DNA of 64,000 nt from Candidatus Latescibacterota bacterium. Its GTDB lineage: Bacteria; Latescibacterota; UBA2968; UBA8231. Both the position numbers and the translations under genes were made by a program. The notes beneath the pieces were generated by a model. The model searched no databases. It was not told the DNA's origin and was given only the letters and a program-made list of their open reading frames with translations. The stretch covers positions 352,001 to 416,000 of the forward strand of contig CBDAOB010000004.1 of assembly GCA_965197905.1 (NCBI GenBank). Direction: 5' to 3'. This document shows, piece by piece, positions 52,329 through 62,745 of the stretch (position 1 is its first letter; each line of letters starts with the position of its first letter).

Positions 52329-55300
52329 ATGCCAGTCGAGTTCTATCGAAGGCTCTGGCTTGTGGGCATCCTCCTTATGGGCCTTGGCGAATCGGCATCG
52401 TCGCAGAACCCCACTCAGATAAAAGGGTACGTCTACAACTTCATTAGATATTGTAAGTGGCCACAGGAGGACGGTCCCTTCGTCGTGGCCCTTCTCGGCA
52501 GAGACGACGCTCTTGCCCGCGAACTGACCGCCGCTCTTCCAGGGAAAAGTGTCGGAAGCCGACCAATTAGCGTCGTCCGCGTCGACAACGCTCAGGAAGC
52601 GCGGTCAGCCCATCTATTGGTGTTGGGACAGTCCGAGAATGCCAGAGTCCGATCTGTTGTAGAGGCCCTTCGCGGCAGCGGCACGCTTCTGGTCACCGAT
52701 GGCTGCGACGACGGTGCGGCCGTTATGCTCAATCTCACAACCTCAGCGTCAGGACGCATCGGTTTCGAAGCCAACCTGGCCAACATCGTCGCGGAGAATC
52801 TCGGCGTCTCGGATGACGTTCTGGAACTGGGCGGCACTGAGCTCGACGTCGTTAGAGTTTATCGAGAAATGGGATCCACACTCGAGTCACAAAGACAGGA
52901 TATGGTCCGCCAGCAGGATGAACTTGGCAGGGTCCAGGAGGAGGTCGCCTGGCAGCAGGAAAAAATAGAGGGGCAAAGGCAGCGACTCGAAAGCCAAACC
53001 AAGCAAATCCAGCAACAGAGCTCTAAGATCGGCGAAAGGGAAGACCTTCTGGCTGAACTCGGATCCCAACTGGAAGACGACCGTGCCCAGATCGAGAGAA
53101 CCCGGGAGCGAGCGAGGGAGGCCGAAAAGGCATTGAGATCCAAGCTCGATACGCTGAAGATCCGCGAGGCAGAGGTCGGTTTCCTCGCCGAACAGATAGG
53201 GTCCAGCGCCACCGTCTTGGAACAACAGAAGCGGGAGATCGCCGACCTGGCGGAGGAGTCGGAACAACAGCGGCAAAACCTGCAGACACAGGATACCACC
53301 ATCCAGAGGCAAGAGACCGCACTCATCGCGGGCACCGTAATCGTGATCCTCCTCCTCGCCCTGTCGGGGGTGATCGCCTGGAGTTACCGGGTGAACCGCA
53401 GGCAATCAGCTGCGTTGCGCGAAGCCAGGGATGCCGCAGAAGCAGCGTCCCAGGCAAAGGCTGATTTCCTGGCCAATATGAGCCACGAGATTCGCACGCC
53501 GATGAACGCCGTTATCGGCATGGCGCACCTGGCTCTGCGGACGGCACTGGACGCCAAGCAGCGCGACTACGTGGAGAAGATCCAAGGCTCGGGCCAGCAC
53601 CTGCTGGGGATTATCAACGACATCCTCGACTTCTCGAAGATTGAAGCCGGCAAGCTAGACGTGGAAACCGTTGACTTCGATCTCGACAACGTGCTTGAAA
53701 ATGTGGCCGCCCTGATCGGTGAGAAGGCCACCGCGAAGGGTCTCGAGCTCGTTTTTGACATCGAATCGGACTTGCCGAGGGCGCTGCGAGGGGATCCGCT
53801 GCGGATCGGGCAGGTGATCATAAACTATGCAAACAATGCCGTGAAGTTCACGGATGAAGGCGAGATCGTCGTTCGGGTGCGGAGGGTTGAGGAGATAGAG
53901 GGTGACCTGATAGTTCGGTTCGACGTGCAGGATACCGGGATCGGATTGACAGAGGAGCAGAAAGGCAAGCTGTTCCAGTCCTTTCAGCAGGCAGACACAT
54001 CGACATCGCGCAAGTACGGTGGTACGGGCCCTCGGGTTGGCGATTTCCAAGCAGCTGGCGACGCTTATGAATGGCGAAGTAGGTGTGGAGAGTGAGCACG
54101 GCGTGGGGAGCACCTTTTGGTTTACAGCTCGACTGGGCGAAGGGGAGGAGAAGAAGCGCGCGTTCGTGCCGGCACCCGATCTTCGCGACCGGCGTGTGCT
54201 GGTGGTCGATGACAATGTCAACGCGCGTCAGATTCTTTGCGAGATGCTGGAGAGCATGACATTTCGCGTGGATGAAGTGGGTTCCGGCGAGGAGGCCTTG
54301 TCAGCGATCGCAATGGCGGACGACGGTGACGATCCCTACGAGGTCGTGTTCATCGACTGGCGCATGCCTCCCGGGATCGACGGAATTGAGACGGTGCGAC
54401 GGCTGGCATCGGCGGATCTCAAGGTTCGGCCCCATCCGGTGATGGTGACGGCGTACGGCCGTGCAGAGGTCATGCACGAGGCGGAGGATGCCGGGATTGA
54501 GGTGTCGCTGGTGAAGCCCGTGAACTCGTCGTTGCTGTTCGACGCGGCGATGCAGGTGCTCGGCGGTGAACCGGTGGAGAAGATCCCGGGCGACGTGTCT
54601 CGGACGGGGTCGGTTGATCTGGCGCCGATCCGCGGAGCCCGGATCCTGCTGGCGGAAGACAACGAGTTGAACCAGCAGGTGGCGATGGAGCTGCTGGGTG
54701 ACGCCGGGTTCTTCATGGACCTGGCAGAAGACGGCGGGGCGTGTGTGGCGATGGTGGCGGAGAACCAATACGACATAGTATTGATGGATATGCAGATGCC
54801 GGTGATGGACGGTCTAGACGCGACGCGGGAGATACGGAAGAACGAGCGTTTTGCGGAGTTGCCGATCGTCGCGATGACGGCCGCCGCCCTGGAAACTGAT
54901 CGTCAGCGATGTCTGGAAGCTGGGATGAACGACCACTTGGCCAAGCCAATCGAGCCGAATGAGCTCTTCGCGATGCTGCTGCGGTGGATTTCCCCGGCTG
55001 AGCGGGAAATGCCAGAGCCGGTCGAGGTGCCGGCGGCGGCAGCTGTCGAGGACCCACCACGTACTGAGCCCGCCCTAGATCCCTTATCGTCGATTGAGGG
55101 TCTGGATGTGGAGGTCGGAGTGAAGCGGGTAATGGGAAAGCGGGATTTCTACCAGAAGCTGGTGCGGCAGTTCGTCGAGGGCGAGGCGGCGGAGTCGGTG
55201 GCGACGGTGCGTGCTCAGCTCGGAGAAGGAGAGCGCGAGGCGGCGGAACGAACGGCCCACTCGCTGAAGGGCGTGGCCGGCACCATCGGTGCAGGCGAAT

Positions 55301-55749
55301 TGCAAACGAGGGCGCAGGGGTTAGAGACGGCGATTAAGGAAGAGGCCGCGGAAGTTGATACGCTGCTTGCCTCGGTGGAGGAAGAATTGACGAGGTTGGT
55401 GGTTGCGATCCGCGATGTCCTGGGTGTCGGAGGAGATACGGAGATGGACGCGCCGGAGTCGGTGGATTTGGACGGGCAGGTGATCGAGCGGCTACCGGAG
55501 CTGATTGTGGAACTGGAGTCGCGCAAGGCCAGGGTCGAGGAGTTGTCTTCGACGCTGACGATCAACGAGGTCGAAGAGCTTGCCGGCGAGCTGAGGGCCT
55601 TTGGGGAGGAGTACGGGTATCCACCGCTGTTGTCGTGGGGTGAAGGGTTGGCTCAGCACGCCGGCTCTTTCGATATGGATGCGATGGTTGAGGCGCTCCA
55701 GCATTACCCACAACTGATAGCTGACGTGAAGGACAGGGTTGCGAGCTAG
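52329..55749 (+). CDS. YfiR/DUF4154-coiled coil-TM hybrid histidine kinase (HisKA-HATPase-REC-REC-HPt); frameshift at about 54030
   Basis: YfiR-like '[14 protein letters not shown]...GTLLVTD...FEAN'; [15 protein letters not shown]2 box GGTG|LGLAIS split by one extra C at 54029-54031; HPt AHSLKGVAG. Confidence 0.88.
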
Positions 55750-55758
55750 AGGCCGGTT

Positions 55759-58017
55759 TTAAGCCGCCGCCAGCCTGTTCTCCACGATGTGAAACCGCGG
55801 TGCTCGGTACAACTCCGAAAGCCGGCGGCGAAATTCTCCCAATCGGGCTTCTACTCCGGCATGGGCACTGTCCCAGATCTTTACCTCTATGCACTCGCGC
55901 ACCGATTCCACTCTCTTTCTCAAGGTGCCGCGCCGTTCCAGCAGCTGTTGATACATCTGGGCAAGTTGACCCAGCTGGCGCGCGTTCTTGGCGAGTATCT
56001 TGCGTTTCGGACCCACGGCCGCCTTAATCATGTTGCGAATCTGAACCAGATCGAAATGATCGAGCGCAAAGCGTTCGAGCAGGCGTTCGATGTGATTGCT
56101 GGCCGTGCCAATGCTGCGTTCCAATCGGTCGAGCAACTGAGCATCGTCGTAACTCAAACCCGCCACCAGCATCGTCGGTGTTTCCCCGGGCGTACCGGCA
56201 ATATGGGCTTCGACTCCCAACATGCCCCAGGTTTCTCCCCCCATGATGCTCCCTCCCCGACTGCCCTTACCGCGGGATACTATGACTTTTCCTTTGGCTT
56301 TGACGTTGGCATGGTAGATATAATTGCCAACCTGAATGTCTTTTCCGGCGCGCAGGCTGGCCTCCTGGACTAGCTGGGCGCGAATGCTCCCCTCGGCCTT
56401 CACCTGGGTTTTGCGCCCCAGTATCCCCTTGCCGACGGCGATATCTCCTCCGGATTGAAGCGTGGCGCCCGGTTCTAAGGTGCCGGAAACGGTAATATCG
56501 CCGGCCGCCTTGACCGAGAAACCAGAGAGCACCGAACCGTTAACAAAGATCTCGCCGCCGAAGTCCAGATTTCCAGTGCGATAACTCACATCGCCGTTGA
56601 CGGTCAGCCGCTCTGCCACCGAAAGTTCGTCCGCGTGCTGTTTCAGCACTCCATCGATCAACGAGTAGTACTCCTCCTGGTCGTCCTCTTCGACAACCCG
56701 GACATTCTCTCCAGCCTGCAGCACCTGCTCCTCGCCGTCGTTGGCAGGTTGGGCGTTGCCAGTAAGGTCCCAACCCGGGGTGCCCGTTGTCGGACCGGTG
56801 CGCCAGGCCACCCGCTGACCCGCCCGCACGTTGGGAGTGAAGTTGACTTCCCTGAAATCGATGGAGCCATCTTCCCGCTCTTTGCCGGCGCTTCGTTCCA
56901 TGTCCACCAGAATTTCCACTTGCGCGTGCTCCCCGTCGACAGGTTTCGATCCGGCAGCAATCAGGTGCCTGCCGGTGGGGTGCTCGCCAGCGCCGACCTT
57001 GGCCACCAGAGCTTGGATGACATCTGATTTCACACCGGTGTTGACGTTCAGCTCGACCAGCCACTCTTGGATCATGGCGATGGTAAGGGAGGAGCGTTGG
57101 TTGCCCAGCATCACCCAATGGGCATTCATGGAGGTGGCGTCGACTTGAATGGGCGGCAGAATGGAAAGTCGACCGTCCTCAATAGCGACATAGCCGTACC
57201 GGGCAGCATGAAACTCCCCGGTGTCCGTCGCGGTCACGTGGGATCCCGCTTCCAGACGGAGTTCTCGGCTCTCGACCGGCGCGGACACCTCCCTGCCGAA
57301 TATGTCGCGCCCCGATCGGCCCGGCGTCGGGGATGTGGCTCGGGCCAGCAGATCTCCGGGCGCGGCGACGAGGGCGCTGCGATTCTTGCGGATAGCGCTG
57401 GCATCCGAGGATTTCAACATCTCTGCCAGTTCCAGAGAAATCAGTCCTAGCGATTCCCGTGATATCTCATTGTTCGGGTTGCCGGGTTCGACAAAGCCGA
57501 TCTGGGCCGCATTGCCCGCGGTAGGGTCGGATCCTGAGGCCACCTCGATCCACTGGCCCCGCAGTCGCTGTGCGCCACCCGTCATCGCCTCTCGATTGAT
57601 CTCAACGAGACCATGGGCGTGGAGCAGCTCAGCCAGGCGTTCGGGTTCGTGCCAGTCGGGATCTGCAATCCAAAAGGCTTGCAGCCCATCGTGGCGAATG
57701 GCCAGTCGCTGGCCTTCCATATCCAGCTCATAGTACTGCTGGTCTCCCTCGGTTTCGAAACCGGACGGTGTCTCGACGCGCTTCAGGTCCGCAGCCACCC
57801 TCCCAAGAGCGCTCGCCAAGCGGCGCATCCGTTGCTGTTGATGCACGCTGACTGATTGCGGCTCTGCAACGGCAGCGTCCGGATCGTACTCAGCGAACGC
57901 GTCGACCTCTTCCAGAAAGCGGTCGACACCTTCGACATCAGCTATTGCCGGATCGGGGAGTTCCGGGTCGAGCAGGGCAGATCGCCGTTTCATGGGTCGC
58001 TCACGCACCATCGTCAT
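55759..58017 (-). CDS. FapA/DUF342 family protein with duplicated N-terminal module
   Basis: DGSIDFRE, V.GDV...TGNLDF.G...V.G.V..GF.VKA.GDI.V and GG..MGG motifs. Confidence 0.85.
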   Translation of the reverse strand: MTMVRERPMKRRSALLDPELPDPAIADVEGVDRFLEEVDAFAEYDPDAAVAEPQSVSVHQQQRMRRLASALGRVAADLKRVETPSGFETEGDQQYYELDMEGQRLAIRHDGLQAFWIADPDWHEPERLAELLHAHGLVEINREAMTGGAQRLRGQWIEVASGSDPTAGNAAQIGFVEPGNPNNEISRESLGLISLELAEMLKSSDASAIRKNRSALVAAPGDLLARATSPTPGRSGRDIFGREVSAPVESRELRLEAGSHVTATDTGEFHAARYGYVAIEDGRLSILPPIQVDATSMNAHWVMLGNQRSSLTIAMIQEWLVELNVNTGVKSDVIQALVAKVGAGEHPTGRHLIAAGSKPVDGEHAQVEILVDMERSAGKEREDGSIDFREVNFTPNVRAGQRVAWRTGPTTGTPGWDLTGNAQPANDGEEQVLQAGENVRVVEEDDQEEYYSLIDGVLKQHADELSVAERLTVNGDVSYRTGNLDFGGEIFVNGSVLSGFSVKAAGDITVSGTLEPGATLQSGGDIAVGKGILGRKTQVKAEGSIRAQLVQEASLRAGKDIQVGNYIYHANVKAKGKVIVSRGKGSRGGSIMGGETWGMLGVEAHIAGTPGETPTMLVAGLSYDDAQLLDRLERSIGTASNHIERLLERFALDHFDLVQIRNMIKAAVGPKRKILAKNARQLGQLAQMYQQLLERRGTLRKRVESVRECIEVKIWDSAHAGVEARLGEFRRRLSELYRAPRFHIVENRLAAA

Positions 58018-58954
58018 AGGTGGCCTCTTCTTCGAGTTCCAGGAGTTCCTCAGCCGTTAGCTGGCCTCCATCCAGTTCCGTTGCCACCCGGGCCATGCGC
58101 AACAACAAGGCCGATTGTTCACCCAGTCGATGCAAAGCCGGGATCAGCTCTGAGCTCGGCCAACCCTCTTGATCAACCGCCCCGAGCCCAACCACACCCA
58201 CGGCTCGATCGCTGTAGTGCATGGCGACCGCAGCCTGCCTCCCGTCGGCGCTGAGCCGCGCAGCGACATCCCGAAAGGAGCCGGCAACCAAGGAATCGGG
58301 GTCACTGGCGACCAATCTGTCAGTGGTATCGGTGCCGTCGCCGGCAGTCGATGTCAATTCGAGCCAGGTACCGCTGGCGTCGGGCAAGTAGACCCCGATT
58401 TGAGTGGCCCCGAAAACGGTGGAAAAGATCCGTGCGATCTGATCGCAAGCCTCGTCAACGGTGGGACCGGTCACCTGAAATCGCACCAGCTGGTCACGGG
58501 CCTGCAACTCACGCACCTGGAGCCGGATCTGCGCATGCGCGCGCTCCAATTGCTGATGGGCGACTTTCAGTTTACCCGCCGTTTCATGTTTGTAGAGGGC
58601 AACTTCGATAGTGGTTTTCAACTCCGTTTCCTGATACGGTTTTAACAGGTAGCCATACGGCTGCGTGAGTTTTGCGTGCTGCAAGGTATTGTCGTCGGCG
58701 TAGGCGGTCAGGTAGATGAGCGCGATGTCGTACTGCTCGCGGACTATGCCAGCAGCCTCCACACCATCCATGTCGCCCTTCAGATGGATATCCATCAGCA
58801 CCACATCCGGTTGAGTAGCTGCTATTTTTTCCAACGCTTCCGCGCCCGTAATAGCAATCTCTGGAACGTCGTATCCAAGGAGTTCCAAACTGGACTGCAG
58901 GTCTCTTGCGACGAGAATTTCATCCTCTACCACTAGTATGCGAGTCTTGTTCAT
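58001..58954 (-). CDS. Response regulator (REC, coiled coil, GAF-like domain)
   Basis: ILVVEDE.LVA.DL, LMDIHLKG.MDG, YLTAYAD and PYGYLLKPY. Confidence 0.9.
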   Translation of the reverse strand: MNKTRILVVEDEILVARDLQSSLELLGYDVPEIAITGAEALEKIAATQPDVVLMDIHLKGDMDGVEAAGIVREQYDIALIYLTAYADDNTLQHAKLTQPYGYLLKPYQETELKTTIEVALYKHETAGKLKVAHQQLERAHAQIRLQVRELQARDQLVRFQVTGPTVDEACDQIARIFSTVFGATQIGVYLPDASGTWLELTSTAGDGTDTTDRLVASDPDSLVAGSFRDVAARLSADGRQAAVAMHYSDRAVGVVGLGAVDQEGWPSSELIPALHRLGEQSALLLRMARVATELDGGQLTAEELLELEEEATYDDGA

Positions 58955-58969
58955 ATCCTTTCTCCTGAC

Positions 58970-59770
58970 TTAAGCCGACTCTGAGAACGTCAGCTGAAAT
59001 GTCGTACCATTGATGTGATCAATCTTCATTTCTCCACCCAATTGATAGGTCAAATCGTGCACCAACCGCAGCCCCAGAGTGAGCGGATTCTCCAGGTCGA
59101 TGCCGCCCGAGATCCCCTCACCGTCATCGCTGACCGCCATTCTGAAACTTCCCTCGGGCAGCTTGCGCAATTCGACCCGAATCGTTCCCCGGCGGCCCTC
59201 CGGGAACGCATATTTGATCGCATTGGTAATCAGTTCGTTGAGGATGAGACCGCAGGGGATGGCGTAGTCGAGACCGAGAGATATTTCCTCCAAATCAAAC
59301 TCCAACGCGACTCGGAGGTCCTGTTGGTTGCTGGAGCGAACGAGATTGGCCGCCAGGTTCCTTATGTATCCATCGAAGGCGATCTGGCTTAGATCGGTCG
59401 ACTGATAGAGCGCCTGATGCACCAGTGCCATCGAGTGGATGCGATGCTGCATCTCGCTGAACACGCCGCGAGCTTCTTCGTTTTGCACAGCAGCCGATTG
59501 CCGCTTGAGCAGGCTGGTGACGATCTGCAGGTTGTTCTTGACGCGATGATACACCTCCTGCAGCAGAATCTCCTTTTCCCGTAGAGACTCCTCGATGCGC
59601 TCGTGGGCACGCTTGGTCTCGGTAACGTCTCTCCCATAGATGTGAATGCATTCGATGGAAGGAACCGGATTGTAGGTCCAGGAATAAACCCTATCGCCCA
59701 GGATTGTTTCGATGCCCCAGCGGCACTCGCCTTCGTCAAGGCAACTTTGTGGCCGGGAAAACTCATTTGT
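58970..59770 (-). pseudogene. HisKA_2-type sensor kinase, apparently 5'-truncated (half PAS plus kinase core)
   Basis: EKEILLQEVYHRVKNNLQ, LILNELITNAIKYAF, VSDDGEG and LGLRLV; similarity is lost upstream of about 59770 and there is no credible start. Confidence 0.75.
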
Positions 59771-59893
59771 GGGAAACAGATTACCGTTCTCCCCAAGCTC
59801 CGTTTGGTCGAGAAGCTGCTGAAAACGTAAATACCAACAGCCCAAGTAATCGCAACGCTGAGCGAATACTCGTCGTTGGCCTATACTCAAAAA

Positions 59894-59907
59894 GTTGTAT
59901 ATACAAC
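59894..59907. promoter_or_regulatory. Palindromic operator GTTGTATATACAAC (downstream of marR)
   Basis: Perfect 14-bp palindrome; second copy at 60412-60423. Confidence 0.7.
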
Positions 59908-59928
59908 ATTGAGCACAAAAAAGAGTCC

Positions 59929-60381
59929 CTATTCGGCATCGAGAGACCTCACGGCATTGGCAATACGCATCACGTCTCTTACGCCACGCTCGCCCACAAG
60001 TGCATGTACCTGGTCCTGTGCCTCCTGCCACAAGGGAACGATTCTCTTCCATAGCCTGGCACCCTTGGCGGTAATCTGAAACCTATGGGCACGTCCATCT
60101 TCTTCGATTACGTTCATCCAGCCGCTTTCGCGCAAGCGGCGAGAGTTTCGACTCAACGTCGACTTTTCCATGGACAACCAGTCACATACCTGTCGAGGCG
60201 TTGCATCCCCGTATTTGGCGACCACCCCCAGAATGTTCATCTGTGCCGTCGTGATGCCAGCCGGTTTTAGCGCGTCGTCGTAGACTTTTGTAATTACCCG
60301 GTTTAGGAGCCGAACCTTGTCAGCGATACAGCTACAGTTGACTTCGGTGGCTTCGCGGGAGCTTACCTGCGTTTTTCCCAA
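59929..60381 (-). CDS. MarR family transcriptional regulator
   Basis: C....R...R.IT..YD.AL.P.GIT..Q..IL, MEKSTLSRN and ITAKG; RBS AGGAGG. Confidence 0.9.
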   Translation of the reverse strand: MGKTQVSSREATEVNCSCIADKVRLLNRVITKVYDDALKPAGITTAQMNILGVVAKYGDATPRQVCDWLSMEKSTLSRNSRRLRESGWMNVIEEDGRAHRFQITAKGARLWKRIVPLWQEAQDQVHALVGERGVRDVMRIANAVRSLDAE

Positions 60382-60410
60382 CTAAAATGTCCTCCTGCGA
60401 CTAGGGTTTT

Positions 60411-60443
60411 ATTGTATATACAACTAAAAAGCGGGCTTGTCAA
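60411..60443 (-). promoter_or_regulatory. marR promoter with overlapping palindromic operator
   Basis: Minus strand TTGACA-17-TATATA, overlapped by TTGTATATACAA. Confidence 0.75.
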
Positions 60444-60585
60444 GTTATTCACCGCAGCTGGCTGAAACCGTTTGGTCGGCGATTTTCTCAAGCGGACTTC
60501 TCGGCGGTTCTACGTTCAGATTCTTTGCCCGTAGCCGCTGGTGATTGATTTATTCGTGTTGCCGGTTCAAGCTGATCCCACTATG

Positions 60586-60600
60586 GCAATACAGGTGCCA
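60586..60600 (-). promoter_or_regulatory. Sigma54 (-24/-12) promoter
   Basis: Minus strand TGGCAC-CTGTA-TTGC, exact consensus spacing; paired GATATATCG dyads about 105-130 bp upstream. Confidence 0.6.
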
Positions 60601-60683
60601 AACGGTTCCTGGCAGGTAACGATTTTCTGTATCTGCCAAAAAAACAGTACCTTAATGCATGAATCAGCGGGGTTACGGAGCAA

Positions 60684-60842
60684 CTAGCGAATTGCGGAAG
60701 CCATGATATATCGCAGGGGGCACGATATATCGCGGCAATTGGGCGGGTTGGGCTTATGGAGCTTCTGCGCCTTAGTCTTGCCGTCTCTCGATCCCGAGCC
60801 GCCGCATTCAGGCAAAACCAGTGTCAGGATTTTCTTCTGCAT
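60684..60842 (-). pseudogene. 5' remnant of an exported protein (last gene of the metal operon)
   Basis: Strong RBS AAAGGAGGTG; MQKKILTLVL then non-protein-like sequence. Confidence 0.4.
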
Positions 60843-60920
60843 AGACACCTCCTTTCAGGAGCTACCGAGACATTCTCAGGAATTCTCTGCTTCTTGACGA
60901 CAACGTGAACGACAAACTTA

Positions 60921-61778
60921 CTAATAGAGCAAAACCCGGAGCCCGGCAATCAAGGTCCAGTCGGGCTCCATCTGCGTGCGGTTGAGGTCTTTCAGCAACG
61001 GCAGCTGTAACGACGACTCAACCAGCAGCCAGCTTAGAGGGATGTACTGGAGTCCGGGCGCCAGGAAAAGCAGATGGCCACCTGAATCTTGGACGTTTCG
61101 GCCTTTGAATCGATCCTTGCCTTTCCAGGATCCGAGGAATTCCAGATAGCCATTCACCTGCCGTGCGGGATAGGTCTCGTAAACAGCCGGCACGAGCCGG
61201 TAGGCCAGGGCGAGATTGTACACCACTCCGTTACCAAACTGCCGTCCGTTGCTACTGCCGGTCACGTGGCAGTGCGCCTCTGCATACAGGCCGAATCGCC
61301 CCTTAAGCCAGGCAGCTACGCCCCCTGCAGAAACGTCGGTGGAACCGCTTCCCAGCGCAGGAGTTTCCTTCTCGTCTCCGGTGGGCAGCTTCAACACCAC
61401 CTTGGGTGCCAGGCGCAAGGTCTCTCGGTGGCGGTCAATCTGAAGTACGACGTACTTGGCAAAAAGCGAGATGTCTCCCAAGCCGGCAGACGAGACCGTC
61501 TCACTACCCCGTCTCACCTCTTTGAAAACCGTCGGCACAATGATTCCAGCCACCGCCTTCGTGGTCACATTGTAGGGGAGGGCCACCGGCCACAGCGTCG
61601 TGGTTACACGTCCATCCGAACGCTCGTTGGATGACCGGACAATCTTCGCAAAGGTCCGCACTCCCCGACCCTCCAGCCCCAGGGTAATTGGCGTGTCGGT
61701 ATTGATAGGCGGACCGATAGCTAGCGCCGGCGAGGCGGCAACGCACGGCAGAAGCCACAGGTAACCGAGGCGGTGCAC
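60921..61778 (-). CDS. Outer-membrane beta-barrel 'transporter' (MetA-pathway/phenol degradation-like)
   Basis: Signal peptide from GTG 61778; SAGLGDI, KLPTG....LGSGS.D and SGGH.LFLAPGLQY. Confidence 0.75.
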   Translation of the reverse strand: MHRLGYLWLLPCVAASPALAIGPPINTDTPITLGLEGRGVRTFAKIVRSSNERSDGRVTTTLWPVALPYNVTTKAVAGIIVPTVFKEVRRGSETVSSAGLGDISLFAKYVVLQIDRHRETLRLAPKVVLKLPTGDEKETPALGSGSTDVSAGGVAAWLKGRFGLYAEAHCHVTGSSNGRQFGNGVVYNLALAYRLVPAVYETYPARQVNGYLEFLGSWKGKDRFKGRNVQDSGGHLLFLAPGLQYIPLSWLLVESSLQLPLLKDLNRTQMEPDWTLIAGLRVLLY

Positions 61779-61783
61779 GCTGG

Positions 61784-62548
61784 TTAATCTTCGAGCACGA
61801 TTGCCGTGAAGGTTCCTGCTGGCATCCCCTCCATGCCCAGGGTGTTTACCAGCTCGGCTAGGGATTCCCCGCTGACGCGCTCGTCTTCGACCAGGATTTC
61901 CGCCAGGCCCGATTCCAAATCTAGCTCGATGTTCTTGATCCCGTCTCGTTTCTCCAAGTCGGCCTGAATCGCCTCGACACAACCCATACACGCCAGACCC
62001 GCAATTTTCAGCCGGCGCAATGTTCCAGCAGATTCGGAAGTAATGACTTTTTCAACCCTGAGCCGCAGCGGAGACGTGTCCGGAAAAAGCATGCCGACAA
62101 CCTGGACCGGCCAGTCTCCTTGGAACTTGCGAAGCTCCTCTAGGCTGGCGCTCTCCTCCAGTACCAGGGATTCCCCTGTGCCAGATAACTCCAGTTGTGT
62201 TTCTCCACCATTTTGAGCCACAACTTTGCCCTCCACCCTTGCCTCGAATGCTCGCGCAGTAAAACCACCCTCCTCAACGGCTCTCTGCACTTGGGCCACC
62301 ATTGTACCGGATGCGCCGGTGAGGCGGCTGCCTTCCACAACGCTCAAGACTACCTCTCCGGCGTTGATGTCAATATTCAAGGTCTCAACCCCTTCGACCT
62401 TCTTGAGCTTCTTCTCAAGGCCATAGGCACAAAAAGGACAAGCCAGCCCATCCACCTTCACGGTTAGGGATTTTACACCCGCTTGTGCCGACCCGATGAA
62501 CCCGGCCAACAGCATGAACGCCGTCAGCATAAACACGTTTTTCCACAT
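61784..62548 (-). CDS. Periplasmic heavy-metal-binding protein with two HMA domains (MerP/CopZ-like)
   Basis: Signal peptide; VDGLACPFC and IAGLACMGC motifs; RBS GAGGGAG. Confidence 0.88.
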   Translation of the reverse strand: MWKNVFMLTAFMLLAGFIGSAQAGVKSLTVKVDGLACPFCAYGLEKKLKKVEGVETLNIDINAGEVVLSVVEGSRLTGASGTMVAQVQRAVEEGGFTARAFEARVEGKVVAQNGGETQLELSGTGESLVLEESASLEELRKFQGDWPVQVVGMLFPDTSPLRLRVEKVITSESAGTLRRLKIAGLACMGCVEAIQADLEKRDGIKNIELDLESGLAEILVEDERVSGESLAELVNTLGMEGMPAGTFTAIVLED

Positions 62549-62727
62549 GGTATTATCTCCCTCGATATGTAGCATCTCAATATCTCCTCTACCAGAATCG
62601 CGGCAGCGCTGAAGCCGGACTGTCGTCGAGGCGGCTCGGGAATAAGCCCGCGCCGCTCGTAATATCCAATTGTGTCGACATTGACTTGTGCTTTTCGGGC
62701 GCACTGGCCGATCGTTAGCGCTGTCAT
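62524..62727 (-). pseudogene. merR: Truncated MerR-family heavy-metal regulator (HTH only)
   Basis: MTALTIGQCARKAQVNVDTIGYYERRGLIPEPPRRQSGF; similarity ends after about 39 codons. Confidence 0.8.
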
Positions 62728-62745
62728 CGTCTCACCCTCCTCTCG

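Noticed and set aside
59771..60052. Cys-rich N-terminus of the 360-aa kinase ORF
   Set aside because: Read-through of the marR 3' end and operator DNA, not a real domain
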